A DNA stretch of 64,000 bases from Candidatus Bathyarchaeota archaeon (GTDB taxonomy: Archaea > Thermoproteota > Bathyarchaeia > Bathyarchaeales > Bathycorpusculaceae): the NCBI GenBank assembly GCA_963811105.1, contig CAWEPZ010000002.1:288001-352000 (forward strand), read 5' to 3'. The position numbers were made by a program, and so were the translations under genes. Below, piece after piece: positions 29,473 through 39,440 of the stretch (positions are counted from its first letter, which is position 1; the number at the start of each line of letters is the position of its first letter). The notes beneath the pieces are model-generated. The model was not told the DNA's origin, searched no databases, and was given only the letters and a program-made list of their open reading frames with translations.

Positions 29473-29784
29473 ATGGACAGATTCAATAGATATGCTCTCA
29501 TAACAATGGCACTGATTGTTCTCATCATGGTAGTTAGCACCTATGCAGGTTCAGTAGTTCTCAAAGGAGGCCTGGAAGGTACCGATGCAAAAGTAAACAA
29601 CTCAGCTGCCTCTCATACAACATCCTGGTTTGGTTTTTCATTCACAGCCGACGCACTTGGTCAAATGGGCGAATACATCGGGTTCAGCCTGGCAGGAGTA
29701 GTTGGAGGATTGATTGTAGGATATAGTTTCCCGTCAATATTTGGCAAAAAAAACAGTACAACTTCAAAGGAGGAAAAAAACTAA
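29473..29784 (+). CDS. cbiN: CbiN-like auxiliary membrane protein
   Basis: Two TM helices flanking a loop with GTD; directly after cbiM. Confidence 0.75.
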   Translation: MDRFNRYALITMALIVLIMVVSTYAGSVVLKGGLEGTDAKVNNSAASHTTSWFGFSFTADALGQMGEYIGFSLAGVVGGLIVGYSFPSIFGKKNSTTSKEEKN

Positions 29785-29912
29785 TGCTGGAATGGTTAAC
29801 AGGAGATCCATTATCAGGCATATTAACAACTATATTCTTCTTTGTCTTCCTAATTGTCGGAAGAAAACTAGCACTTGAACGAGTAAAGAAAACAAAATCA
29901 GTGACAAACTAA
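29784..29912 (+). CDS. 42-aa single-TM protein ending the cbiMN operon
   Basis: TAATG overlap with cbiN, GGAGG upstream; MLEWLTGDPLSGILTTIFFFVFLIVGRKLALERVKKTKSVTN*. Confidence 0.65.
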   Translation: MLEWLTGDPLSGILTTIFFFVFLIVGRKLALERVKKTKSVTN

Positions 29913-31996
29913 CGCTCTATTGATATCTTACTGATTCCTGTTTCTTTCTCCAACTTAACCACATGTTCTGCTTTCCCAGCAAAAGCCTCACTGTGCGTAA
30001 CCCCAATAATTTGCTCTATTGCTTTGAATCGGCTGATGGCTTCAGCTAACCGCTCAATGCTGCCGTCTTCACTTCCTAAGTTCTCTGTGGGTTCATCAAG
30101 CAACAATATACTTAAGCCATGACCAGTCCTCGACTGCATAATCAACTGTCCCAAACCTAAACGATAAGCAAAAGCCAATAGTGTTCGTTCTCCACCAGAG
30201 AGGTTGGAGACTTCACGGTCAACGCCTGACTCGCTTTTTACATAAGGGGTGTATGTTTCGTCGATAATCACGTTAAGCATGGGTGCTTCTCCTCCTCCTA
30301 AGCTATCAAGGACTTGTTGTACAAAGTTTCGTAAAACCTTCACGAACTCGCTGCGGAGTTTAGGCTGTATGCTGCGGTAAGCATCGCGGATTGCACCTAA
30401 AAGCTCCACGGTTCGGCAGATTTTCTCCATGCGCTCAACCTTTTCCTGAGCAAGATTGATGCGTTCTTTGGAATCGTCTAAGCGCCTGAACATGTCTTTT
30501 TTACAGTTCTCTTTAGTACGCAAGTCGGAATCTAACAAATAATATTGACGAAAAGCCGTTTCACGTAGCGCCCGAGCGGCGTCAAGTTCCGTCAAATCAA
30601 ACCTACTTATCTTATATTGTACCGAGTCAAGTTGCAGGCGTAAATCACCTTCAAGCTTCTGCTTCTCCAAAAACTCGCTTGATAAATTATTGAGGTTGTT
30701 TTCTTCTTCGCTCAAACGGTTTTTTAAGTCTTCAGCCCTTGCCATGCAAGTCTGTAAGTTCGAGTAAGCCTCAGAAGCTAAAGCCTTATTCCTCTGCAGG
30801 CCCTCAATCTCAAACCTTAATTGGCAAATGGTCTTTTCTCTTTCAAAATTCTCATGCGCAATCCTTGAGAGAAGGTTGCTTTTGTATTCGCCCTCTAACG
30901 GTTGTACACAAAGCGGGCATTTACTTTCCTGTGAAAGCGAAACTACCCGTTTTTTGTCTATTTGTAGGTTCCTTGAGGTAGCTTCTTGGTCAGCCTTTAA
31001 ACTGCTGATTTTTTCATCAAACGCTGTCAAGGAAGAACGTATGGATTCAACAGGTTGATCGGGCGGTAAACCTGCTTGTTTTAGTTTGATAAGGCACTGT
31101 CTCATTTGAATGTCAAATGAGTTTTGGCGCTGTTGCAGATTGCCCAATAGCGTTTTTTTGTCTTGGAGTTTTTGTGTTATAGACGAAAGAGTGCTATCCA
31201 TGTTTCTAATGTCTGATTGCAACTGAGCTTCTTTGCGCTTCGCTTCTTCAATAGCTTGCTTTTTCTCCTCCATTCTCTTAAGCTTAGCGTCTGCTTCATC
31301 CAGTGCTTTCTTGGCAACAATCAACCTCTGAGTCGAATTTTCAAGTTCCATCTCCAAGAGCGCATATTCTTCACTTGCTCTATTGTATTCATTGCTAAGT
31401 TTTTCAAGTCCAATTACATCGGGGTCTTTCTCGTAAACCCGCTTCTCTGTCTCATAATCCCGCTGGTACTGAGCTATGTTGCTCCATGCAACCTCATAAT
31501 CCGAAAGCCCAAATAGTTCGTCCAATCGCCTCTGCCTGTCTCTTGGCGCTGCATCAAGGAGTTCTTTGAGGTGTTCTTGCCTAAACCAAACTATTTCTCG
31601 ATAAAGGTCCTTGTCTAAACCTGTGATGGTCTTAAGCTGCTCCGCAATAGCGTCAGTTTTCATGCTGGCAACAAGCTTCTCATTCTCTAAAAGTTTAAGC
31701 TCCTCAAAATTCTGCATGATACTTTTGCCCTTTCGTTTTAAGCCGCGGGTAAGCTTGTAAGTGCTTCCGTTCTGCGCAAACTGCACAGTAACCCTTCCAA
31801 AGTCTGCGTTTTCCCGTAACAAGTACTCAAAGCTTCTGCCAATTGAATCACCGAACAAAGCAAAGTCAACCGCGTACAGCACGCTGGATTTTCCGCAGCC
31901 TAAGCCGCCCACCAAACAATTAAAACCATGAGTGAAAGGTACAGTGGATTTGACGTGGCTACGAATGTTTTCAAGCTGGACGATTTCTATTTTCAT
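29909..31996 (-). CDS. rad50: DNA double-strand break repair ATPase Rad50
   Basis: GGLGCGKSS, coiled coils, CPLC zinc hook, LSGGE, LLLDEPT; adjacent to mre11. Confidence 0.92.
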   Translation of the reverse strand: MKIEIVQLENIRSHVKSTVPFTHGFNCLVGGLGCGKSSVLYAVDFALFGDSIGRSFEYLLRENADFGRVTVQFAQNGSTYKLTRGLKRKGKSIMQNFEELKLLENEKLVASMKTDAIAEQLKTITGLDKDLYREIVWFRQEHLKELLDAAPRDRQRRLDELFGLSDYEVAWSNIAQYQRDYETEKRVYEKDPDVIGLEKLSNEYNRASEEYALLEMELENSTQRLIVAKKALDEADAKLKRMEEKKQAIEEAKRKEAQLQSDIRNMDSTLSSITQKLQDKKTLLGNLQQRQNSFDIQMRQCLIKLKQAGLPPDQPVESIRSSLTAFDEKISSLKADQEATSRNLQIDKKRVVSLSQESKCPLCVQPLEGEYKSNLLSRIAHENFEREKTICQLRFEIEGLQRNKALASEAYSNLQTCMARAEDLKNRLSEEENNLNNLSSEFLEKQKLEGDLRLQLDSVQYKISRFDLTELDAARALRETAFRQYYLLDSDLRTKENCKKDMFRRLDDSKERINLAQEKVERMEKICRTVELLGAIRDAYRSIQPKLRSEFVKVLRNFVQQVLDSLGGGEAPMLNVIIDETYTPYVKSESGVDREVSNLSGGERTLLAFAYRLGLGQLIMQSRTGHGLSILLLDEPTENLGSEDGSIERLAEAISRFKAIEQIIGVTHSEAFAGKAEHVVKLEKETGISKISIER

Positions 31997-33198
31997 TTTG
32001 CCAGCTCCTCAATGGCTTGCTTGACTTTTTCTTCTTGTTTTTTGGTGAGCGGTTCGATGAGGCTTAAAGCTGAATGAGCGACTTTGTCAGCTTCTTCCCG
32101 ATTGTAGCGAGTTGAAAATATCTCCACAAAATATTCAAACGCTTTTGTCCTTAAGTCTTTGAATTCGTTCTCGAATATTGATCGTGCGACTTCGTCTGAA
32201 ACAGAGGTTTCTTTTAGTTGCACAATTGGGTGAACCAGCAGGGCCTTCTCAGCCGCGTTTCTTATTTTGCCTACATTGATTTCGCCACGGTTTGCCTCGG
32301 CTGGTAAAGTGCCTTTTAAAACTGGAATTATAACAGCTCCTTCATCATCGTTCTCTCTTACGCTCTGAACTGCTAACTCCGTGACTCTTTCAGAGGACAA
32401 CCCTGGGAAGTCTTGTTCAAGAACGATGAATTTTCGTGGGCATGTAAGCTCAAAAGGTTCTGATGAAATTTCGCACTTCTCGTTAACTGTGACCTTGAGG
32501 AAGCCTTTTTGATATTTGGCTTCTCGATAGTCCGCAGTTTCAGTGCAGCCGCTGTAAGCAAGAGTGCCTCCTTTAAACTTGCCTTGATACTGTGCATGCA
32601 CATGGCCAGCAGCATAATAGTCAAAGCCGCCTGGCAATAGGTCAGGCGAAAGTTCGGCCTCAATATACGGGGGTTTAACATTTGGCAAATCTACAGCGCC
32701 ATGGAAAACCATAATGTTGAATACTTTGCTCTCAGGTGAAGGAGGGTTTTCTGCCATGAACTTTGGCAGCGCCTCTTCAGTCTTGTGCTTGTTATGAAAG
32801 TTTGGTATGCCGTAAACGTAGCAGGAATCTGGTTTGCGCCAGCAAGCACCGCTGTGCCTTGGTAAATGATGGATTAATCCTGCGCTATCAAGCGGATAAA
32901 GGATTGTGCCTGTTACAGTGTTTGGGGCGGAATCGTGTGAGCCGTCAACGGTCAAGACTGTTATGCCTGCATCTTTGAGGCGCTTGAAACTTCGTATGGT
33001 ATTTTCCAGGGTAACGTTTGAAGGTCTTGGCTGATGAAACAGGTCGCCTGCAATAATCATGAAGTCAGGGTTCAATTCAATGGTTTTTTCGACCAGTTCT
33101 TTGAATGCGTTATCGAAGTCTTGCCTTCTAGCTTCTAGTCCATACTGTGCGTAGCCTAAATGCAAATCTGCAGCATGTACAAAGCTGAACGCCTTCAA
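31993..33198 (-). CDS. mre11: Mre11 nuclease
   Basis: ADLHLG, AGDLF, GSHD, AGHVH, YSG..E. Confidence 0.93.
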   Translation of the reverse strand: MKAFSFVHAADLHLGYAQYGLEARRQDFDNAFKELVEKTIELNPDFMIIAGDLFHQPRPSNVTLENTIRSFKRLKDAGITVLTVDGSHDSAPNTVTGTILYPLDSAGLIHHLPRHSGACWRKPDSCYVYGIPNFHNKHKTEEALPKFMAENPPSPESKVFNIMVFHGAVDLPNVKPPYIEAELSPDLLPGGFDYYAAGHVHAQYQGKFKGGTLAYSGCTETADYREAKYQKGFLKVTVNEKCEISSEPFELTCPRKFIVLEQDFPGLSSERVTELAVQSVRENDDEGAVIIPVLKGTLPAEANRGEINVGKIRNAAEKALLVHPIVQLKETSVSDEVARSIFENEFKDLRTKAFEYFVEIFSTRYNREEADKVAHSALSLIEPLTKKQEEKVKQAIEELAK

Positions 33199-33352
33199 TC
33201 GGTCTGACTCCCTTTCTCTTCTCTATGCTCCTGATAGTGGTTGCTTATTCTTAATGTTTATCTTGAATGGAGCTTAGGCGTTTTCTTGTCTTTTAAGGGG
33301 AAAAACATAATACACTTCTTGTGTTTTAGTGTGGAAAGGCGCTTTAGATTAG

Positions 33353-34165
33353 ATGAAATGCCAAGCGTGCATGCAAGAGACTCTTCTTCCGTTTCGCTGT
33401 TCATATTGCGGCGGACAGTTTTGTAGTGCTCACCGATTGCCCGAGAACCATGCATGCCCAAGAATAGATTTCGCTCGATCACAAAGGCAGGGGGCAGTGA
33501 TGACGTCTCAGTCCAATGGGTCTTACAATTACTCGTATGTTTTTGGTCAGCAACCATTCAAACGTAAATATCGAGTCAATTTCAGCAAAAAAGAGCTCCA
33601 GCATTTAACTGTTGCCGGGTTGCTTGTCATAGGCATTGGCTTCTCCATAGGATTATACGGTTTTTTATCTGTGTGGACTTTGGCTATTATGGCTGTTTTT
33701 TCGGGTATAATGACAGCTTCTTTCCTAGTTCACGAAATAGCACATAAAATAGTTGCCCAGCAGAAAGGTATGTGGGCAGAATTCCGCTTAACAACTTGGG
33801 GCGCGGTCTTGACCCTTGTTTCGGTGTTTTTGCCTTTTAAAATGATTTCGCCGGGTGCGATGATGATTGGAGGTACAGTTCATAGCGGTGAGGATATTTT
33901 GAAGATTTCCGTTGCAGGTCCTTTAACCAACCTCATTTTCTCTAGTGCGCTTCTTGGATTAGCATTTGCTACACCATCAAGCGCCTTTGGCCTTATGCTT
34001 TTTTTCGCTGCTTACATCAACTCTTTTATGGCGGTCTTTAATTTGATTCCCTTCGGAATTTTGGATGGATACAAGATTTTCAGTTATAACAAGCGGATTT
34101 GGGCATTGGTTTTCATACCAAGCGCTATTTTTACCGTTGTCACGTACTGGATAATATTTGTATAA
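33353..34165 (+). CDS. AN1-type zinc finger fused to M50 (site-2) metalloprotease
   Basis: CxxC...PFRCSYCGGQFCSAHRLPENHAC; HEIAH, AGPLTN, FNLIPFGILDG. Confidence 0.9.
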   Translation: MKCQACMQETLLPFRCSYCGGQFCSAHRLPENHACPRIDFARSQRQGAVMTSQSNGSYNYSYVFGQQPFKRKYRVNFSKKELQHLTVAGLLVIGIGFSIGLYGFLSVWTLAIMAVFSGIMTASFLVHEIAHKIVAQQKGMWAEFRLTTWGAVLTLVSVFLPFKMISPGAMMIGGTVHSGEDILKISVAGPLTNLIFSSALLGLAFATPSSAFGLMLFFAAYINSFMAVFNLIPFGILDGYKIFSYNKRIWALVFIPSAIFTVVTYWIIFV

Positions 34166-34375
34166 AAATGTTTATGTTCTTATTTCGAACGCTAAAAATT
34201 GGTTACCGTATAGTTGAACAACGCCTTGCAAACATTTTTCTTTGATGCCAACCTATTTACAATTCCATTCTACCTATTTTTCCAGACTGGGTGCTTTCAA
34301 ATAAGGTAGGGTTTGGTGAATTTGATATTAATCTACAAAGTTTTATTAAAAGATTATGCTAAAAGGCTTCTTGGT

Positions 34376-34684
34376 TTAGATAAGTTCGATTGTGACGTGA
34401 ACTTCTTCAGGCACGCGGATACGCATGATTCTTCTCATGACACGCTCTTCTGAGTCTATGTCAATTAAGCGTTTATGGATGCGCATCTCCCACTTATCCC
34501 ATGTTGCTGTTCCTTCGCCTGATGGCGCTTTCAGGACTGGGACTCTGAGTCTTTTTGTTGGCAGTGGTACTGGACCGTTGATTTTCACACCTGTTTTCTG
34601 AGCGATGCTTCTAAGTTCTCCGCATACCTCTTCCAGTTTACCGTAATCGGTACTTGTGAGGCGTATTCGAGCTTTTCTTACCAT
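34376..34684 (-). CDS. rpsJ: 30S ribosomal protein S10 (uS10)
   Basis: [28 protein letters not shown]. Confidence 0.98.
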   Translation of the reverse strand: MVRKARIRLTSTDYGKLEEVCGELRSIAQKTGVKINGPVPLPTKRLRVPVLKAPSGEGTATWDKWEMRIHKRLIDIDSEERVMRRIMRIRVPEEVHVTIELI

Positions 34685-34795
34685 TTTGGTCCATCAATCC
34701 ATTATTTTTCTGTTTAATATATGTTGGTGACACCTTAGACACTTAAGCGGAACATAAAAACCTATCGACATCAGAAACCATCTGCTATTGAAGAG

Positions 34796-35773
34796 CTATA
34801 ATCCCGCCACATAGATTCTTAAAGCCAGAATTGGCAGAACAACAATCAAACCGAACAGCACAGCGGTCAACGTCATCACCCTCAGCGCGCGGTTGATGTG
34901 TTCGGCTGTTGTGCCGTGGTCGTCGCCTAAAATGTAGCAGCCTTGTTTCTCCAGTTGTGTGTCCAACGCTCCTGCCATTGCGGAGATTGTCCAACCTGCG
35001 TTGACACTGGTAGTCTTTCCTTTGTCTCGCATTATAATACGCCGTGATTCACGCCAGTTTTCTCTCAAAAGAAAAGCAGCTGCAACCATCAAATAAGCGG
35101 TTAACCGTGCAGGAATATAGTTAACTGCAGTGTCTAGGTTTGCGCTAAACCAACCTATATTCTTGTTTTCCACGTTTTTGTAGCCAACCATAGAATCCAA
35201 CGTGTTAACCGCTCGGTACGCAAAGGCGCCTGGCACCCCGAAGATAGCAAAAAAGAAAAACGGCGCTGTAATGCCATCCGTAGTGCTTTCAGCTATGGAT
35301 TCCACGGCAGCTGAAATGATTTGTCTTTCATTTAGCGTGTTTGGATCTCGTCTAACAATGAAGGGTAACCATTTGCGTGCTTCAGCTAAATCGTTCTTCT
35401 TCAATGCTTCTGCGATGGGTTGAGTGTAGAAGCCCATACCCTTCACAGCAAATGTTGCCTTAAACAACACTGCGCCCACGATGATGTACGCTAGTTGGCC
35501 GAAGACGCCAAAGGATTGCCTAAGCCAAAAAAGCAGCAAAAACACGGGCAGCGCAACAACCAACACTGTGACGATGACTAATAGGACTCCGTTTGCTTTT
35601 TCAGTCTTGGGATTGGGGCTTTTTGCTTTGAGTTTAAGATAGGTTATGATTTTGCCTATGCCGACGGTTGGGTGAATCCGGTCAGGGTATTCGCCGAAGA
35701 TTATATCAATAAGGAAAGCTAACAGGAAAATAAGAGCAGAATCGATAAACCAAGATAAATCGAAAGTAAACAT
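34796..35773 (-). CDS. cbiB: Adenosylcobinamide-phosphate synthase
   Basis: HPTV.IG, VRRD, ESIAE..DG, YRAVNTLDSMVGY, N..PARL, NAGW..SAMAGAL. Confidence 0.95.
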   Translation of the reverse strand: MFTFDLSWFIDSALIFLLAFLIDIIFGEYPDRIHPTVGIGKIITYLKLKAKSPNPKTEKANGVLLVIVTVLVVALPVFLLLFWLRQSFGVFGQLAYIIVGAVLFKATFAVKGMGFYTQPIAEALKKNDLAEARKWLPFIVRRDPNTLNERQIISAAVESIAESTTDGITAPFFFFAIFGVPGAFAYRAVNTLDSMVGYKNVENKNIGWFSANLDTAVNYIPARLTAYLMVAAAFLLRENWRESRRIIMRDKGKTTSVNAGWTISAMAGALDTQLEKQGCYILGDDHGTTAEHINRALRVMTLTAVLFGLIVVLPILALRIYVAGL

Positions 35774-35797
35774 AACTGCTAATCAAGCCCAATCATG

Positions 35798-36928
35798 CTA
35801 TTTCTTCACTGCTTGCTGCAAAGCCTTAATCAGTTGCTCATTCTCCGCTTGAGTTTTAACCGCTACGCGGATATAGAACTCGTCAAGCCCCTGGAAGGAA
35901 GTGCAATCCCGAATCAAAATACTCTTTCTCAATAACTTGTCGGTGAGTTCAGGTGCTGTTAGACCTGACTTGCGAATGTCAATAAAGAAAAAGTTAGCGT
36001 CAGGCGGATAAACCTTGAAGCCTTCTATTTCGCATAATTGAGTTAAAAGTTTGTTTTTCTCTTTTTTGATAAGTTCCCTCGTTACCCTCAAGTGCTCCTC
36101 ATCACCTAGCGCAGCTACAGCAGCAGCCTGCGCCAAACAATTAACATTCCAAGGAATCTTCGCACAAAATAGCAAATCAATGATTCGTTCTGAAGCTATC
36201 CCGTAACCAATCCGCAAACCAGTTAACCCATAAATTTTCGTAAAAGACCTCAAAATAAACAAGTTGGGATAATCCTTAATCTTGCTAATCATAGAGAGAG
36301 CTTTTTCGTTTTCCACAAACTCCAAAAAATCCTCATCCAAAAAAACAAGCGTATTCTGCCCTAAAGCTTTCTCAATTATTTCAGTTAAGGTTTCTGTTGG
36401 AATTAGTATGCCTGTGGGGTTATTTGGGTTGCACAAGAAAATAATTTTGGCGTCCCCTATTTCCCTTTCAAAAGCGGTTGCGTCAATGTTGAAGTTATTA
36501 TTGAGCTTGACGAATTTGGTCACTTCGCCAGTTTTTCTAACAGCACTCTCGTATTCTCCAAAAGTTGGCGCTGGAATGAGTGCTGTGTCGCCTTTCCGCA
36601 TAAAAGTGTCAGCGAACAAGTACATAAGTTCCGTCGAACCATTTCCGACAATAACGTTATTTTTAGTTAATCCAGCGAAGTGGCTGGCAATCGACTGTCG
36701 TAGCGCTACAGAGTTTGAGTCTGGATAAGTTGGGATTTCTTTGAAGCTATTTTTTGCTGCTTCCAAAGCTCGCTTTGATGGACCTAAGGGGTTGACACTT
36801 GAGCTGAAGTCTAAAATTTCTTCTCGCTTAAGCCCACTTTTGCCAGCTGCATCTAGAACCTCGCCGCCATGCACGCATGGTTTGAGTTTCTTTATCCTGT
36901 CTTTGGCTAGGTTTTCAATGGGCTTCAT
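35798..36928 (-). CDS. cobD: Threonine-phosphate decarboxylase (HisC-like PLP enzyme)
   Basis: HGG, DFSSSVNPLG, CNPNNPTG, RSFTKIYGLTGLRIGY, IRDC.SF.GL; next to cbiB. Confidence 0.88.
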   Translation of the reverse strand: MKPIENLAKDRIKKLKPCVHGGEVLDAAGKSGLKREEILDFSSSVNPLGPSKRALEAAKNSFKEIPTYPDSNSVALRQSIASHFAGLTKNNVIVGNGSTELMYLFADTFMRKGDTALIPAPTFGEYESAVRKTGEVTKFVKLNNNFNIDATAFEREIGDAKIIFLCNPNNPTGILIPTETLTEIIEKALGQNTLVFLDEDFLEFVENEKALSMISKIKDYPNLFILRSFTKIYGLTGLRIGYGIASERIIDLLFCAKIPWNVNCLAQAAAVAALGDEEHLRVTRELIKKEKNKLLTQLCEIEGFKVYPPDANFFFIDIRKSGLTAPELTDKLLRKSILIRDCTSFQGLDEFYIRVAVKTQAENEQLIKALQQAVKK

Positions 36929-37117
36929 TTTTTGGCTTCATTCCTTCAGCGATGGAGGCTGAAATGCTTAGGTTTCTTTTTAACGTAAATGATATAAATG
37001 TTTGGTTGAATGTTCCATCTACAGATTGTGTTTAGAAAAAACTCGTTTTCGTCTTAATTGCAAAAGGGTTTTGAGAAAGAACACGATAAATGATTACTCA
37101 GCTGGAAGGAAATACAG

Positions 37118-37300
37118 ATGAGCGATAAAATTGACATGCATAAAGTTAAAGAATTAAAGGAAATGTTGGAAAACAGAAAACCAAACGAGCCCGTTGACAA
37201 GATTCTTACGGTATTTTGTGAACGCCACTCAATCTCGTTGGCAACATGCCGCGTTTTTTATAAACAAATGGTTGAAAAAGGCGAAGTAAAAGAACAATGA
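37118..37300 (+). CDS. 60-aa hypothetical protein
   Basis: Purine-rich RBS, ATGA overlap with next gene. Confidence 0.7.
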   Translation: MSDKIDMHKVKELKEMLENRKPNEPVDKILTVFCERHSISLATCRVFYKQMVEKGEVKEQ

Positions 37301-38610
37301 ACAAACGTTTGGTTGCCGTAGCCACTGTCCTATTGACCTTGCTGTTTTTATTTTGCCGGATTCAAAAAGTAGAGTCTTCAGCAATACCTTCAGTGCAGTG
37401 GAGCGGCTTCTTCGGTGGACCGAAAACTGAACGGGCTTACAGTTTAATACAAACCGCTGATGGAGGCTACGCTTCAGCAGGAAGTACCAACACCTTTGGC
37501 GCAGGCCAATCCGATTTTTGGCTGATTAAAACAGATTCGTTGGGGAATATGCTATGGAACAAAACGTTTGGTGGACCAAACGATGATGTTGGAGGCGCAT
37601 TAATACAGGCAGATGATGGGGGTTATCTAATTGCCGGTTTAACGGCGTCTTTTGGCGCTGGAGGCTTTGATTTTTGGCTTGTTAAAACAGATTCCTTTGG
37701 GAACATGCAGTGGAATAAAACATATGGCGGAGCGAAAGACGACTTCGCGACTTCCGTCATTAAGACAAGCGGAGGCGATTATGCAGTAGCAGGCTGGACA
37801 AATTCTTTTGGCGCTGGCGGCGAAGACCTTTGGCTGTTAAAAACCGATTCGTCTGGAAACATGATTTGGAATCAAACATATGGCGGGCCATTCAACGATG
37901 AAGCACATGCCTTAACAGAAACGAATGATGGCGGCTATGCCATTGCATGCGACACAGCTTTCCAATCCGGTAATGAAGATTCTTGGCTGGTTAAAGCGGA
38001 TTCAAGGGGAAATATGCAGTGGAACCAAACTTACGGTGGACCACAAATAGATACAGCATTATCTATAGTCGGTATGAATGATGGAAGCTATGTTTTAGCT
38101 GGTTACACTTCATCTTTTGGCGCTGGATTAAATGATGCCTGGTTAATTAAAACAGACGCATCAGGTACCTTGCAGTGGAACAAAACATATGGAGGATCTT
38201 ATGATGATCAGGCATATGCTACGGTGCAGTCCAGCGGTGGTGGCTTTGCTTTGGCCGGACAAATAAGAACATCAGCAAACGGAACCACCAATTATTGGCT
38301 GCTTGAGACTGATTCTTCAGGAAATATGAAGTGGAATAAAACAAACGACGGTTCCTTGGATAATTCTGCTTATGCATTGGTTCAGGCAGAAGATGGCGGA
38401 TTTGCTTTGGCGGGTTTTGCCAACACGCAGGGAAATGCTGAAGATGTATTGCTAGTTAAGATAAATGGAAACGGTGGCGCTGCCGAATTGCCATTACTTC
38501 CAGTTATATCCTTGATAATAGTGATATTGGTTATAGTTTTAGCAGTGATTCTCTATTTTGCCAGAAAAAGCAAGGTACCGCTTAAAACCAGACAATCACC
38601 TTTAAGTTAA
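37297..38610 (+). CDS. Membrane-anchored extracellular beta-propeller repeat protein
   Basis: Signal peptide, ~7 repeats of ~50 aa (GG...D.A...QT.DGGY..AG.T.SFGAG..D.WL.KTD..GN..WN.TY), C-terminal TM. Confidence 0.85.
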   Translation: MNKRLVAVATVLLTLLFLFCRIQKVESSAIPSVQWSGFFGGPKTERAYSLIQTADGGYASAGSTNTFGAGQSDFWLIKTDSLGNMLWNKTFGGPNDDVGGALIQADDGGYLIAGLTASFGAGGFDFWLVKTDSFGNMQWNKTYGGAKDDFATSVIKTSGGDYAVAGWTNSFGAGGEDLWLLKTDSSGNMIWNQTYGGPFNDEAHALTETNDGGYAIACDTAFQSGNEDSWLVKADSRGNMQWNQTYGGPQIDTALSIVGMNDGSYVLAGYTSSFGAGLNDAWLIKTDASGTLQWNKTYGGSYDDQAYATVQSSGGGFALAGQIRTSANGTTNYWLLETDSSGNMKWNKTNDGSLDNSAYALVQAEDGGFALAGFANTQGNAEDVLLVKINGNGGAAELPLLPVISLIIVILVIVLAVILYFARKSKVPLKTRQSPLS

Positions 38611-38642
38611 GACGATTGAACGTAAATGCGAGGGAAACTTGG

Positions 38643-39440
38643 TTGAATGAACTTGTCTTTGTAGGGTTAGGATTAAACGATGAAAAAGGCATCAGCATAA
38701 AAGGTTTGGAACAAACTCAGAGCGCCGATTCCGTTTTCATTGAACTCTACACCAGCCTCATGCCCAACTTTAGCCTGCAGCGGTTTGAAGCTTCATGCGG
38801 CAAAAAAGCGCAAATTGTTTTAAGGAGAGAACTTGAAGAAGAAAACGGTGCCGTCATCCTTGAAGCCGCAAAAAAAGGCAAGGCAGTGTTTCTGGTACCC
38901 GGCGATCCATTCATCGCCACTACACATGTTACATTACGTATTGACGCGGAAAAACAAGGCATACGCACGCACATCGTTCATGGTGCATCAATAGTTTCAG
39001 CCATCGTAAGTTTGTCTGGACTGCATATTTACAAATTTGGAAAAACTGTTACTGTTCCATTCCCTGAAAACTTCTCAGAAACCCCCTACAAAGTAATCAC
39101 ACAAAACAAAACTCTTGGTTTGCATACGCTTTGTCTTTTAGATTTGAAGGCAGCTGAAAACCAGTTTTTAGGTATCAACCAAGCTCTCAAAATGCTCCTT
39201 GAAGTTGAAGAGAAAAACAATAAAGGAGTATTTACGCCAACTACCGTTGCGCTGGGCATTGCAAGAGCAGGAAGCGATAATCCCACTTTGAAAGCAGATT
39301 TCATTGAAGAATTAAAGAATTTTGACTTTGGGGAGCCGCCTTACAGCTTGATTTTTCCAGGTGCCCTTCATTTTATGGAGATTGAGGCTTTGATTGCCTT
39401 TGCCGGTGCACCCGTTGAGTTTAGGAGGCTTGCAAAATGA
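38643..39440 (+). CDS. dph5: Diphthine synthase
   Basis: FVGLGL, E.YTS, PGDPFIATTH, YKFGKTVT.PF, LHTLCLLD, ARAGS, LHFME. Confidence 0.96.
   Translation: MNELVFVGLGLNDEKGISIKGLEQTQSADSVFIELYTSLMPNFSLQRFEASCGKKAQIVLRRELEEENGAVILEAAKKGKAVFLVPGDPFIATTHVTLRIDAEKQGIRTHIVHGASIVSAIVSLSGLHIYKFGKTVTVPFPENFSETPYKVITQNKTLGLHTLCLLDLKAAENQFLGINQALKMLLEVEEKNNKGVFTPTTVALGIARAGSDNPTLKADFIEELKNFDFGEPPYSLIFPGALHFMEIEALIAFAGAPVEFRRLAK

Noticed and set aside
37400-38420. ~150-bp periodic DNA repeats as CRISPR or DGR
   Set aside because: In-frame beta-propeller blades with synonymous divergence; no spacers, cas or RT gene
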